Assembly: GCA_016748015.1 (NCBI GenBank)
Contig: JAAOMT010000070.1
Span: forward strand, 124,001 to 188,000
Reading direction: 5' to 3'
Source of the DNA: Geosiphon pyriformis uo1
Lineage: Eukaryota > Fungi > Glomeromycota
Length of the DNA stretch: 64,000 nucleotides
The position numbers and the translations under genes were made by a program. The first letter of the stretch is position 1, and every line of letters starts with the position of its first letter. Of this stretch, positions 1 to 14,200 are shown in pieces. A model generated the notes under the pieces. It made no database searches and was not told the DNA's origin. It was given only the letters and a program-made list of their open reading frames with translations.

Positions 1-1379
1 GCATATCCTTAATTTTGAACCAAATTTTTGAAATATGAAATTAAAGATTTTTGAGATATTTAAATTCAGTTTGGTGAAAAAATTTGCCTATTAATAAAAA
101 TATTAATGAGTTGCTTAGTAATGCTTACCAGATTGAAATTGCGAAAAGAAATATTCCATTCTGTTCTTTTATTTTAAATTGGTTTTTCAAAATGTTGTTA
201 TTAAAAAAAGTTGCCTTCATATCTGTATTTTTAATACAAACCAAAAAAAAGAATTTCAAGTAATAAAAGCAGCATTTTTTCAATTTTCAATATTAAAACG
301 GATATAAAATTAACATCACAAAATTTTGAAATTGTTTAATTATCGAATACTTTTAAAATAATAATAAAAACAGTTTTAATTAATTATTGAATTTATTAAG
401 TTTATTAATTAAATAATTGTAACAATCATTCTGTCAATTGTAAAGAAAAATTTTTAAAATTATAATATTGCAATTTTTTTTATTTTTATATATAATTAAA
501 ATAATATTTTTTTTATTGCCGAAATGTACCCCAAACACTGAATATTCGATACAATGCAATTATTGTACATTGGACGTAAATTGCGCATAACCAGCCATTC
601 GAAAATAATATTATAATTATTATTATTATAATTATGTCTTAAATTTTACATAAATTTTGTTGTTATTACATTTACTTAAAAATAACCATTTTTTTACTTG
701 TATAATATTGTAGTTTTTTAAAAAAATAGTTATTAATTCAATTTTTAAAATATGTATAAAATGTTTTTTTTACAATTGTAATTTCATTTAAAATTCCAAA
801 TTTTTGTTTATAATAAATGTAAATTAAGTAATAATATTTTAAAATTATTGTGTTAAAAAGTATATTTTGGCAAATTATAAATTATTTTATTAAACTATTA
901 AATATTTTTTTAAATTTTTAAATATTTTAATGAATTTTTAAATATTATAATATTTAAAATATTGTATAATTTAATTATATTTATGTATTATATAAATTAA
1001 ATTATTAATTAAATAATAATAATTAATAATAATAATTAAAAAATTAATTTATGTTTCTAATAACTTAATTTTTATTTAATAATAATAATTTAATCTAATT
1101 TTTTAACATTGTTTAATAAAATTATTAAAAATTTAATTATTAAAAATAAATTTACTTAAAAACAATTTGGTTTTTTTAATATAATACTTAATATTAAAAC
1201 TATTTATTTTTTATAAAATTAATAAATAAATAGCAGTTTTTTTATTTTAAAAAAAAAGCTTAATAGTATTTATATTATTTTTATATTACCAAAATCTATT
1301 TTAATCTTAAAACTAACAAAGTTTTTAGACACGTTAATTAAAAAACTAACAAAATAATTAATGATTTTTATTATAATAA

Positions 1380-2650
1380 TCATATTTTTTCTACTTTAAA
1401 ATTTTTATGCAAATTTTTATTCAAAAAAAAGATAACCAAAACAATTAAAAAACCAATTAGTTTAACAACAAACTTAATTAAATTAGCCAAATTAAAGATT
1501 TTAAATTTTTTGAAATTTAATTACAAAATTAATAACAAAAATAATTAAAAATACAAAAAAAAAAAAACTCCAAAAAAACAAAACCATTTATATATAATTT
1601 TATATTAATAAAAAATGGCTAAAATTTTTAAAATCATTAGCAAATTTAAAAAAATATTTTATAATCCAAAGATAAATAATCTAAACTTTAATATTTATAA
1701 TAATATTAATATTCAAAAGTTTTTTATTAGTACTTATATAAAATACAAGTATTTAAAACAATTAAGCTTAAAATTTTTAAAGAATTAAAAATTACAATAA
1801 TAAAATATTAATAATAATAAGAATTAAAAAAATAGAAAATAAACCATATATAATTATTAATTTAAAAAATTAAATTACTAATTTAAAACAATATAAACAA
1901 AAAAAATATATTTTTAAAAATAATAATTTTTTTTTAATTAAGCAGAAAAAAATTTTATTACTGTTTTTTTAATTAGTACAAATTAGTTAATAAAAATAAT
2001 AATAACAAAAAAAAGTTTTTAAAAAAAACAATAACATATTATTATAAGTTAATAACTTTTAATTTAACTAAGATAACAATATTAAAAACACTAAAAGCAT
2101 TTTTAATATTATTAACAAATATGTTAAAATATAATAAATATAAAAAAAAAACAGAAACTATTACAAAAAACTTTTTAATCTTAAATATAGTTAAAAAAAA
2201 TTACCAATAACAATTTTAATAATAATAATTAAAAAAATATCAAAAACAAAATTTATACAAAATAATTTTATGTTATTTTTTAAAACTAACTTAAATCTAA
2301 CAAAACTAAACAGTAAATAAAACAAAAACTTAATTAAAAATAGTTTTTTAAATACTATTAAAAACAATATTAGAAAACAAAAAACAATTAATTTGGTTTT
2401 TATTTAATTAATCTAATCTTTAAAATTAAATAATTTAATAGTTTAATTAAATAAAAATATATACTTTGTTTTGTTTTTAAAACCAATAAAAATTGATTAA
2501 AAATTAACATATTAATTAAAAACCAATCTAAATTAAAATTAATTATTGTGTTTCTAATATTATTATTTAAAACAAAATTTTTTTTTCATTTACAGTTATA
2601 ATAAAACTGGATATTATAATTAATATTAATAATATAAAACTAATAAAAAC
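1380..2650. repeat. Hypermutated, almost G/C-free fossil repeat (unclassified), copy 1; boundaries approximate and the AT-rich tract extends roughly 600-4500
   Basis: Colinear similarity by eye to 24700-25250 + 45601-46400, e.g. 2345-2510 'tttttaaatactattaaaaacaata...aaaattgattaaaaattaacata' versus 46065-46245 'ttttctaaatactattaaaaacaata...aaaaattgattaaaaattaatata'. Confidence 0.6.
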
Positions 2651-3207
2651 CCAAAAAAAACCAAAGCTTTATTTTTCACAAAAGAAAAAACAAGTTTTAA
2701 AACATTTAAACTAATAAAACTATTAGAAAAAAGTTGTTATTAAATATAACAAAAATATAAAAAGTATATTTTTTAATTATTTTAGTTTTTTTGCTATTTA
2801 AACAATAATAAAAATAAAAATAAAAGAAAAAAGTCAGTTTTTTATTAAATACTTTAGAATTTTTAAAGAAAATAAAGATTATATTAGAATTATTTCAAGT
2901 AAACTATTTTGAAAAAATCTTAAAAAAAAAGAAACTTAATTAAAAACCAAAATAGTGTTTTTAGAATAATAAAAAACTGTTTAATTATTGTATTATTTAA
3001 AAAAAGTATTATTATAAAATACTATTAAATAATTTTTATAGTTATTAATATTTTATTGATAAAAAAAACTATTAATTGTTTTAGATAATAAAAAATAAGA
3101 AAAAAAAAGTTTTTATTATTATTATATTTAAAATAAAACCAAAAAATTAATAATTTAAGTATATATTAATTTTTTTTACTAATTTATTAATTTGTTTAAA
3201 AAAACTT

Positions 3208-3584
3208 CTTTTAGAGAAGATGTCTGGTCAGTTCGTACTAAGCATCATGCTTATATGGAAAAGAATGGATTGATTCCACCAGATGGTTCGGCTGTTATCT
3301 CAGTTCATGGTTTGGCTTCAAAGTTTTTTGCAGAAGTGATTAAATTACTTGGTATTATTGATGCTTTGGGTGTTCATTTTGGTTTTCACAAGTCCTGTTT
3401 GTTCTTTTCAGGTGTAGGTGATTCAGTATCAGTTCATATAGATACGTAGTGTTGTTTTGATCAGTCTGAATGGCTGATCACGTGTAGAAAATGCATAATT
3501 CATGCCTAGTTTAGATCAATTCTTTGATGTATAGCACTAGGTAGTGTTTGAGCCTTACTCATTAAGCAATAATAAAAAAAAAAA
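3208..3584 (+). mobile_element. 5'-truncated non-LTR (LINE-like) retrotransposon 3' end: ORF C-terminus, 3' UTR and poly(A) tail
   Basis: GC-richer island in an AT desert. The open frame has no start and ends at TAG 3449, and poly(A) begins at 3574. AAAAAAACTT flanks both sides (3198-3207, 3585-3594) after TTT, as expected for a TT/AAAA target duplication. A second copy lies at 46982-47353. Confidence 0.7.
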
Positions 3585-5102
3585 AAAAAAACTTAAAACT
3601 ATCAAAAAAAACTTAATATCTAAATATAAAATAAATTTAATTTTAATAAAAAACATAAATAAATTTATAAAATTTTTTTTTTAATAAATATTAAAATTAT
3701 ATATTAAAATTATATATTAAAATTATATAATTAAAACAGTTATATTTAATATAAAAAAGTAAACTTAATTTAATTTATTTTAAATTTATATTATTAAAAA
3801 CCAAAATTATTTTAAGAATATTTTTTAAATTTAAAACAAATAATAATATATTTAACTTAATTATACACCAAAAAAATATAATTAAACAAATATATTTTTT
3901 ATTATAAAAAATTTTTAAAAAATCATATATAATTATATCTATTAGCAAAATATTTTATAAAACTTAATTTAATAATATAAAGCTAATTTTAGTGGATTTA
4001 AAAGTTAAAATTTTTAAATTATTAAAAAATTTTTAATATTAAATTTTTTTACTAATATTGTTATAAAAACTGTTTATTTTATTATTTTAAAATATAAATT
4101 ATTTTATAAATACCATAAAACTAGTTTTAACTAAATATATTTTATTAATAAATTTTTTAATTTTTCTATTTGATTTATTAAATTTTTTTGAATACCAATA
4201 TATAATATTTTTACATTAAATAATTTAATTTAATTAAAAAGTAAATCACAGTTTTAATTAATAAAATAATTATTAAACAAATTAAATAAATTTCTAATAT
4301 TTTGAAATTTTAGTGCTAATATTTTTTATATAATTAATAATATAATTCACTTTTATAAAATTTTATTTGTAATTTCCAGCCAATTAATTAAAAAAAAATA
4401 AACATACATAACACAAATAAATTAAAAATATATTAATATGTTGTATTAAATTTTTATATTAAATTAATATATTTATAATGAAATTTTAAAGATTTTTGGT
4501 TTAGCATATAAGAACTTGATATAAGGGTTTACTAATTTTGGAATATATAAAAATAACCTATTATGATAATTATTTACTGTTATCATCATCAAAATAGTCC
4601 CATTGTCGTTTCACCTGAAAGGTTTTATTAACTCCATTTAACACGTAAACAGAGGCACAGCCATGATGAAAAGCTTTTGGATTTAATTTAAGAAAATAAC
4701 ATTTTTGGTGGTGGCTTTTCAGGCTTAGCAACTCGATGTCCAAATTGTCAAATTTAATATAAAAAATTCATGCGATCAAAATATGAAAAGTACAAATCAA
4801 ACGGTTTTGGATAACCAAATGACATGCTGCATTGACAAACACCAAATTTAAATTTGTCTTGTCAATTGTAACTTTGATAATTGATCATCGAGTAATATTT
4901 TGGGAAAAGGGGAGGGAAACAAGAATCGTGGCAGAGTTTGTAGGAATATATAAATGAATCCAGTTCCAATAAATTCTTCGGATTCATCTTTCTCATATTG
5001 TCAATAGATTATCATCTTAATCACTGAATTTAAGTATTAAAATTACTATAAATCGTAATAAAAAAATTTTGACAAAAATAATAAAAACTAAATTTTAAAA
5101 GA

Positions 5103-7551
5103 ATGTGCGGAATATTTGCGGTATACAATTATAAAGGCGATATCAATGCATATCGTCGACGAGTACTCCTATTATCAAAAAAGTAATTATCATAAAAAAA
5201 TGGATTATTCATAATCTTTTTCTTTAATCTTTAATTCACTTTTCGTGATTAAATTCCAAATGGGATCAATCCATTAATATTTCTTCTGTTTCATTCTTAA
5301 TCTGTTTGGTTTTTCTTTAATGTCGAATTTTTGACAAAATCTAAAGGCTAAGACATCGTGGTCCGGACTGGAGTGGGTGTAAAGTCTTTGGGAATAGTAT
5401 TCTTTGTCATGAACGTCTAGCAATTGTTGGTGTGGGTACGTATTGCATATATTAAACATTGGGATTTTGTGATACAAGTTATTCTTCTCAATATCTTGGT
5501 ATTCGGATTGTCCAAGCTTTTTCGAGATTATCACTTCGATCTGGAATTAATATGACACCCTACAAATTTATTGCTTTATTAGATAGTGGGGCACAACCAC
5601 TCACCAACGATGATGAATCGATCATTTTAACTGTTAATGGTGAAATTTATAATCATAAAATTTTGGAAAAACTAGTCCCAGAAGCTCATTTCAAAACACA
5701 TTCTGATTGTGAAGTTATCCTTCATTTGGTGGGTATCCGTCTTATTTTCTCCTATTGAAAGATTGCAAAAATCAGATATTTAACCTATTTTCTAATGTCA
5801 GTATGAGAAAATTGATGTCGATGTGGTTAATCAGCTCGATGGAATGTTCTCATTCGTACTTTTGGATACCAAAAAAAATCGTGTAATTGCGGCACGTGAT
5901 CCCATTGGTATTACCACCCTTTATCAAGGATGGTCATCAGCTTCACCGGGAACTGTCTATTTCTCATCAGAACTAAAAGCCCTCAATGAAGAATGTGATA
6001 AAATAATTGCATTTCCTCCAGGACACATTTACGATTCTGAGACCGGCAAGACAACCCGATATTATCAACCAAGTTGGTGGGATGCTGATAAAATTCCAAA
6101 AAATCCTATTAATTATAAATTGCTTCGAGAATCTTTGGAGAAAGCTGTAAGAAAGAGATTGATGAGTGAAGTACCATATGGTGTGCTTTTAAGTGGTGGT
6201 CTAGATTCCAGTTTGATTGCCTCTATTGCAGCCCGGGAATCACTGAAATTAACGGCCGGATCTGCAAATGCAATTGCCGACAACAACGACGATGGTGTAG
6301 ATATCAATGAAAGTATGTCCTCTCAAAATAGAATTTGAATTATCTACGAATTTTTCGTACTCGCTGTTATCTAATTAGTTAATTAATAGGTGGGCCTGCT
6401 TCTTGGCCACAACTTCATTCCTTCTCTGTTGGTTTGCCTGGAGCACCGGATTTGGTAGCGGCACGCAGGGCTGCTAATTTCCTCAAGACTAGACATCATG
6501 AATATACCTTCACCATCCAAGAAGGCCTTGATGCTGTTCAAGATATTATCTATCATTTAGAAACATATGATGTGACTACTATTCGAGCCAGTACTCCAAT
6601 GTATCTTCTTTCGCGAAAAATCAAAGCCATGGGAGTAAAAATGGTATTAAGTGGTGAAGGAAGTGATGAGATACTTGGAGGTAAAAATTTAATTTTTTTC
6701 TCTGAATATTTCACTTTTTTTTTCTTTGAATCTTGGTAATAAAAATCAAACGTCAAATTTTTTTCTCCAAAGGATATTTGTATTTCCATGCTGCACCAAA
6801 TGCTGCTGAATTTCATAAGGAAACGGTGAGCCGTGTCAAAAATCTTCATACGGCTGATTGTCTACGTGCCAACAAGTCTACAATGGCTTGGGGCCTCGAG
6901 GCTCGTGTACCATTCTTAGATAAAAATTTCTTGGACGTAGCGATGAGCATTGATCCCGAAGAAAAATTGTTCAAACCAGGAAGGATGGAAAAAGTAAGAA
7001 ATGAAACGAAAACATGAATATGTTTATCTTGAGAATCATTGATATGGTGTTTTTCTCATCTGATCCTAATCTTTATTTCTTTTGACAGTACATTCTTCGA
7101 AAAGCATTTGACGTATCAACTACCGACGATCCTCGACCCTACCTCCCTGAAGATATCCTTTGGCGCCAAAAGGAACAATTTTCCGACGGCGTTGGATATA
7201 GTTGGATCGATTCTTTAAAAGATGCTGCTGAGGCTCATGTCACCAATCAGCAATTCGCAGAAGCGACTAAGCGTTGGCCTAGAGATACGCCTACGACCAA
7301 AGAAGCTTATTGGTATCGTGAACAATTTGAAAGCTGGTTCCCACAAGAAGCTTGTACCACTAGCGTTGTCAGATGGATTCCGAGATCTGATTGGGGTATG
7401 TGATTGATGAATTGATTTTTCTTTTACACACAAATTTTTTTGAAACATAATACTTACCACCACCTTTCTTAAATAATTACTTATCACAGGATGTCCCGAG
7501 GATCCATCCGGACGTGCCCAAGCAGTTCACCAGGCTGCCTATGAAAAATGA
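5103..7551 (+). CDS. ASN1: Glutamine-hydrolysing asparagine synthetase; exons 5103-5182, 5347-5435, 5583-5728, 5802-6312, 6390-6680, 6773-6993, 7089-7395, 7490-7551
   Basis: N-terminal MCGIFA (Ntn glutaminase Cys), [73 protein letters not shown] and C-terminal DPSGRA. All seven GT-AG introns are phase-consistent. Confidence 0.97.
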
Positions 7552-7737
7552 ATGATGCTGGAGGGGCTACCTGCATTAGAGGACTATCGTTCTTGTAAAT
7601 TTTAGATATACTTTTATAATTATCTATAATAATTTTTCTGAAATGGGATCGTGATTTCAAATTAAATATTTCTACTTTTTTAAGACAAGAACATCCTGAT
7701 ATTTGTGGTATTTATTATTTTTGAAAATAATTACGTC

Positions 7738-7988
7738 ACGCGTGAACATTTCAAACAGGAAAAATGGCTGATAGCGGCAAGCCTCAATTGAGGATAAATT
7801 CTGATTTGCCTGATCCAACCATTGACATTACACCAAATCATCTTATATTAGCAAAACCAGAGAGTGAACATTATTACAGGGGTCAAAGTGATTGAAATTT
7901 TTTAAGCGCCACATTTTGTACTACTAATTATTTAATAGCATAAACTGAGTACATAATAAGGATTTTTACGTGCGAGAATAAGACGCGT
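7738..7988. promoter_or_regulatory. Two ACGCGT (MCB-like) motifs upstream of the RecQ gene
   Basis: ACGCGT at 7738-7743 and 7983-7988. MCB boxes are the known G1/S elements of fungal DNA replication and repair genes; function here is inferred only. Confidence 0.3.
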
Positions 7989-8217
7989 TAAAGTATGCCC
8001 CATTTTCTCACTTGAACAAATGGCATTTTTTATAATCTTTTATCACAACCTATCACAAATTATTAACTTTGCGTAATTCGCCAAAATACCTCCTTTTACC
8101 TTAAATAGTAGGAAAAAGAGTCGCCAACTTTGAATACATAAAATTATTCTTATATTGAAAACAGAATATATGAAACATAAAAAAGTTTAAAACTCTACAT
8201 CATATCACGTGTTCGTT

Positions 8218-11200
8218 ATGATACATTCTGGCTCACTGTGGCTAATCTCGAGGCACAAATTCATGAAAAACAACCCGAAACTTTTAAAGTAAATAAATCT
8301 TTTGATCAATTTCATGGATTAAAACCTTTCTGTTCTTATTTTACTATAAACGCCTTTCTAAAATCATTTTTTCGACTGTTTCATGAACTTTTCAACACCA
8401 TAATTTGGTACTATGTGGCCAACCAACTTCACTCACATTCAGTTTGTTATCAAAATAATAATAGATAGATCACATTATCTCACCAAGTTACCACATTTCC
8501 AACTTACTCGTGGCGCGCCGTTTGGTACTACCGGAGTCTTTGGAACCAATTCTCAAGGACTTCAAAATTTCGTTCCCCCAGCTGAATACATTTATACAAT
8601 ATTTCAAAGATTCTGGGACATAAAACGCGTTATTTCAATGGAAAGACTTGCTCCCCAACCTTTTGAAGAGGACCCTCCATATTTGGAAGAAGACTTTATA
8701 TTCTCTTTTTTTATGAAAGAGGTAGGCTGTGTTTCCTCTCACTTTGTTTACCCGAGATCTCTGTTATTACTTTTCCATTCAACCACCTCTTGCTTTCAGT
8801 TTATAGAGGGTAGCCTCAAAAGGATTCTGCCACCTAGGAGCTCTGTTAATCAGCCTTGTCCGAACTCAGGCCAAGCTACTTTACTCTCGCCTTCAGCTAG
8901 CTCAGCTCCACCTGCTCGGACTTCTCTATATACAACTCAAGCTCGAGTACCATCGTTTTCAGAGCAATCCGTTCCGTCAACTCGACCTCTTGGTCTAAAT
9001 GCGGTACAAAGTAGAATCCAAGATCCTGCTTCATTCTCAGGGCATTCTTTGCCGTCTACGCGGGTAGCCTCGAACGAATCAAACCTCCCAAAGTATAGGG
9101 AACCTTCCCTAAATTTCCCCAATAATGAACCCTTCCCTTCCTCAGCATATTTTCTGCCATTTATGCATCAACCAAACCCTCCAAATTGTCGTCAAGACTT
9201 TCCTGCCTTTCAATCACAGCCTTTCCCCGAAACTTTACCCATAATGGAAGTTGACACATTAATGGAACCATTGAACAATTTGGAACCTATTCGTTTAGAT
9301 TCGCCTCAAGAAATGTCTCTCACCAACCCTGAAATAAATGAATTCTCTTTGGTTTCTATAGAGTTTTACATTTCCTCTAAATTTTGGAAAACTCCTTCTT
9401 GCTCTAATGTGGCTCCAACTTTCTAGTTATCAGAAAAAGATATACGCACAATAATTCAAGAGTGTGAACAACAAATGTAAGTGAATTAAAAACTTCAATA
9501 CAATTCGAACAAATATCTTCACATATCCTTCTCTTTCGAATTACTTAGTGATAATTACACGCGAAAGAAGGAGACTTTTGTGAAAGCTCTAGAGAAACGT
9601 TGCCGAACAAATTACATAAATGAAGAGCAATCTGAGTCGAGGATTTTTGATTTTGAACAAGAAAATACAAACTTCTACCAAACTGTGATTCCGCAGGCTC
9701 CCACTGATATTACGCGACGCCACTCAGATCATTCTGCTGTAGGGGAAGGATCTACTAACTTGAGTGCCCCTACATCTTTGACTAAAGAATCATATCCTTG
9801 GGACTCTGAAGTTTATCAAATTTTGAGAAATTTATTTAAGCTTCAAAACTTTAGAACAAACCAGTTACAAGTTATTAATGCTACACTTTCTGGAAAGGAT
9901 GTCTTTGTGATTATGCCAACTGGAGGCGGAAAAAGTCTCTGTTACCAGTTACCGGCAGTAATTCAAACTGGTGTGACTTCTGGGATTACTATTGTCGTCT
10001 CTCCTTTGCTCTCTTTAATGGAAGATCAGGTTAATAGCTTAAAGAGGAATAATATTAACGCGGCCTATTTCGGCAGTAATATTGATCATGAACAAAGAAG
10101 GTTGATAAATTTTGAATTATCTAACCCTCAAACTGCGCTCCGGCTCTTGTATGTGACGCCGGAACTGATAGCTGCCAGTGACAGTTTTCATACGAACCTT
10201 CAAAGATTGCACAAGATGAACAGGTTGGCAAGATTTGTCATTGACGAAGCTCATTGTGTTAGCCAATGGGGACATGATTTCCGACCTAATTACAAGGAAC
10301 TAGGTTCACTAAGAGAACAATATCCCGGGGTGCCTATGATGGCCCTTACTGCTACTGCAAATGGACAAGTACAGGCTGATGTCTTGTTACAACTCAAAAT
10401 GAATGATTGCTTATGTCTATCCCAAAGCTTCGATAGACCCAATCTATTTTATGAGGTCCGTCCTGCATCCAACAATAAAGTTGCAGAGATTGCAAAATTG
10501 ATCAATGCAAAATTCCCAGATGATTCCGGAATTATCTACGCCCTTACGCAGAAAGCCTGTGTAAATATTGCGGAGCAACTAACAGCTCAACATGGCGTCA
10601 GAGCTGCTCATTATCATGCTGGAATGAACCCCAAGGATCGTAGTGACGTTCAAAGATGTTGGCAAGAAGGGGAAATGAAAGTAATAGTTGCTACCATAGC
10701 TTTTGGAATGGGGATTGACAAGGCTAATGTTCGCTATGTTATCCATTTTTCTCTGCCAAAGTCATTAGAGGGCTATTATCAAGAAACTGGACGAGCTGGA
10801 CGAGATGGGAAACCGGCCACATGCGTACTTTTTTATAGTTGGAAAGATAAAGGACTTCACGAATCCTTTATTGATAAGGGCGAAGGGAGTTTTGAGCAGA
10901 AACAAAGATTGCGTGATAATCTACGTCAAATGGTGCATTTTTGCGAGAACACTGTGGAGTGTCGTAGACGTGAGGTTTTACGATATTTTGGAGAAGTTTT
11001 TGATGACACGAGGTGCCGTCAGGGATGTGATGTTTGTGTTAAGAAATCTAATGGGTTTCTGCCTGTCAGGCAAGATGTTACTGCCCTGGCAAAGGATGCC
11101 GTGAGAACTGTGCAGGCGATAGAAAATAAGAATGTTACTTTGATTCAAACGATTGCATTGTTCAACGGCAGCTCTTCATCAAGGTTCATACAAGAGAAAC

Positions 11201-14200
11201 GTATTCAAGTTAATTCGCTTCCAAAAAGACAAGCGCAAACACGCATTAACAAAGAGGACATTGAGAGGATGTTTCGAAGTTTGGTTTTGCTTGGTGTTCT
11301 CAGGGAAGATTATCAAATCAACCCACATGGTGGTGTGAACGCCTTTTTAAAGGTATTGAATTTCAATATGTATTATTTGATTGTTTCCCTAAAAAATGCT
11401 CTTTACTCTCATTTTACTTTCCCTCACATTAATACTTCAGACCTCATCAAAAGCCCAACCTCTACTCGAAGGAGTATTCAATTTTGTAATGCCGATTAGT
11501 CCTGAGGTGCGTAATCCATGGCTCTCGAATTCTTTGAAAATCTTTCCGAATTCATTGATTTACCGCCGAACTTCGATTCATTTTATATAGAAACCTAAAA
11601 AAAGTGGAAGTACATTTACTCGAAACTCTCAAAAAGGTCAAAGTAAGCGCAGCCAGACTTCCACTAATCATTTTGCTGCCACCAATACTTCTTCCAGCCT
11701 GAATCATGGCCAGAGCAATGAATCGAGCCAAGGGTTACCCACATTTCCTGTTGCTCGCAGCAAGTATTTTGAAACATCTACCGATTTTACTGGGAACAGC
11801 CCATTTGGTTTTCATGACCCTTTCCAGCAACAACAAAACAGATCGCTCGTGACTGACTCAATGTCTATACAGGATAGAAATCGTCCGATTCTAATGGATA
11901 TAGATTTGGATGTAGACTCGTCTAATTCCTCCACATCGACATCTGCCACCATACCTTTAAATCATCACGCAGAAATACTTAGATCAGATTCTCAAGAATT
12001 CCCTATTGATGCACGTGAGAAGCAAATCGTGCATGATTGTTTCGCCAAATTAAAAAAAATTAGGGGAGAGGTAGGATCACTTCATTCCGAATGTTTTTTG
12101 ATTTCGCTTGCTTAACTTTCCCTCTACAGCTTGTAGCCAGATTTAATTGCCGACCGNNNNNNNNNNNNNNNNNNNNAATCTATTTTATGAGGTCCGTCCT
12201 GCATCCAACAATAAAGTTGCAGAGATTGCAAAATTGATCAATGCAAAATTCCCAGATGATTCCGGAATTATCTACGCCCTTACGCAGAAAGCCTGTGTAA
12301 ATATTGCGGAGCAACTAACAGCTCAACATGGCGTCAGAGCTGCTCATTATCATGCTGGAATGAACCCCAAGGATCGTAGTGACGTTCAAAGATGTTGGCA
12401 AGAAGGGGAAATGAAAGTAATAGTTGCTACCATAGCTTTTGGAATGGGGATTGACAAGGCTAATGTTCGCTATGTTATCCATTTTTCTCTGCCAAAGTCA
12501 TTAGAGGGCTATTATCAAGAAACTGGACGAGCTGGACGAGATGGGAAACCGGCCACATGCGTACTTTTTTATAGTTGGAAAGATAAAGGACTTCACGAAT
12601 CCTTTATTGATAAGGGCGAAGGGAGTTTTGAGCAGAAACAAAGATTGCGTGATAATCTACGTCAAATGGTGCATTTTTGCGAGAACACTGTGGAGTGTCG
12701 TAGACGTGAGGTTTTACGATATTTTGGAGAAGTTTTTGATGACACGAGGTGCCGTCAGGGATGTGATGTTTGTGTTAAGAAATCTAATGGGTTTCTGCCT
12801 GTCAGGCAAGATGTTACTGCCCTGGCAAAGGATGCCGTGAGAACTGTGCAGGCGATAGAAAATAAGAATGTTACTTTGATTCAAACGATTGCATTGTTCA
12901 ACGGCAGCTCTTCATCAAGGTTCATACAAGAGAAACGTATTCAAGTTAATTCGCTTCCAAAAAGACAAGCGCAAACACGCATTAACAAAGAGGACATTGA
13001 GAGGATGTTTCGAAGTTTGGTTTTGCTTGGTGTTCTCAGGGAAGATTATCAAATCAACCCACATGGTGGTGTGAACGCCTTTTTAAAGGTATTGAATTTC
13101 AATATGTATTATTTGATTGTTTCCCTAAAAAATGCTCTTTACTCTCATTTTACTTTCCCTCACATTAATACTTCAGACCTCATCAAAAGCCCAACCTCTA
13201 CTCGAAGGAGTATTCAATTTTGTAATGCCGATTAGTCCTGAGGTGCGTAATCCATGGCTCTCGAATTCTTTGAAAATCTTTCCGAATTCATTGATTTACC
13301 GCCGAACTTCGATTCATTTTATATAGAAACCTAAAAAAAGTGGAAGTACATTTACTCGAAACTCTCAAAAAGGTCAAAGTAAGCGCAGCCAGACTTCCAC
13401 TAATCATTTTGCTGCCACCAATACTTCTTCCAGCCTGAATCATGGCCAGAGCAATGAATCGAGCCAAGGGTTACCCACATTTCCTGTTGCTCGCAGCAAG
13501 TATTTTGAAACATCTACCGATTTTACTGGGAACAGCCCATTTGGTTTTCATGACCCTTTCCAGCAACAACAAAACAGATCGCTCGTGACTGACTCAATGT
13601 CTATACAGGATAGAAATCGTCCGATTCTAATGGATATAGATTTGGATGTAGACTCGTCTAATTCCTCCACATCGACATCTGCCACCATACCTTTAAATCA
13701 TCACGCAGAAATACTTAGATCAGATTCTCAAGAATTCCCTATTGATGCACGTGAGAAGCAAATCGTGCATGATTGTTTCGCCAAATTAAAAAAAATTAGG
13801 GGAGAGGTAGGATCACTTCATTCCGAATGTTTTTTGATTTCGCTTGCTTAACTTTCCCTCTACAGCTTGTAGCCAGATTTAATTGCCGACCGTACACAAT
13901 ATTTACAGACACGATTTTATTAAAGATGGTAACAAATTTCAATCTGGTTGCAACATTATAATTTAAATCATTTTTCTCCAAATCATGCTTATATGTCAAT
14001 CAATCAGGCCCTTATGTTACCTAATCGGAATTTTCAAGGTTCGCCACAATATTTTTATTTTTCTTGTCGAATTTCTTTTGTTAGTTTTCCTCAACCGCTC
14101 AAATAATTCATTACAAAAGACATGTCCATGGTAATGGAAATCGAAGGAGTATCGCCTCAAAGTTACGAGAAATATATGGCAAAATTCTTCTGGCCTATTC

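Noticed and set aside
7764-7895. Short ORF MADSGKPQ... as an extra 5' exon of the RecQ gene
   Set aside because: I could not build a convincing phase-consistent splice path to the downstream exons; needs RNA-seq.
12147-13235. Second RecQ-like ORF as a real paralogue
   Set aside because: It appears identical to 10441-12156 and begins at an N gap; best explained as an assembly overlap.
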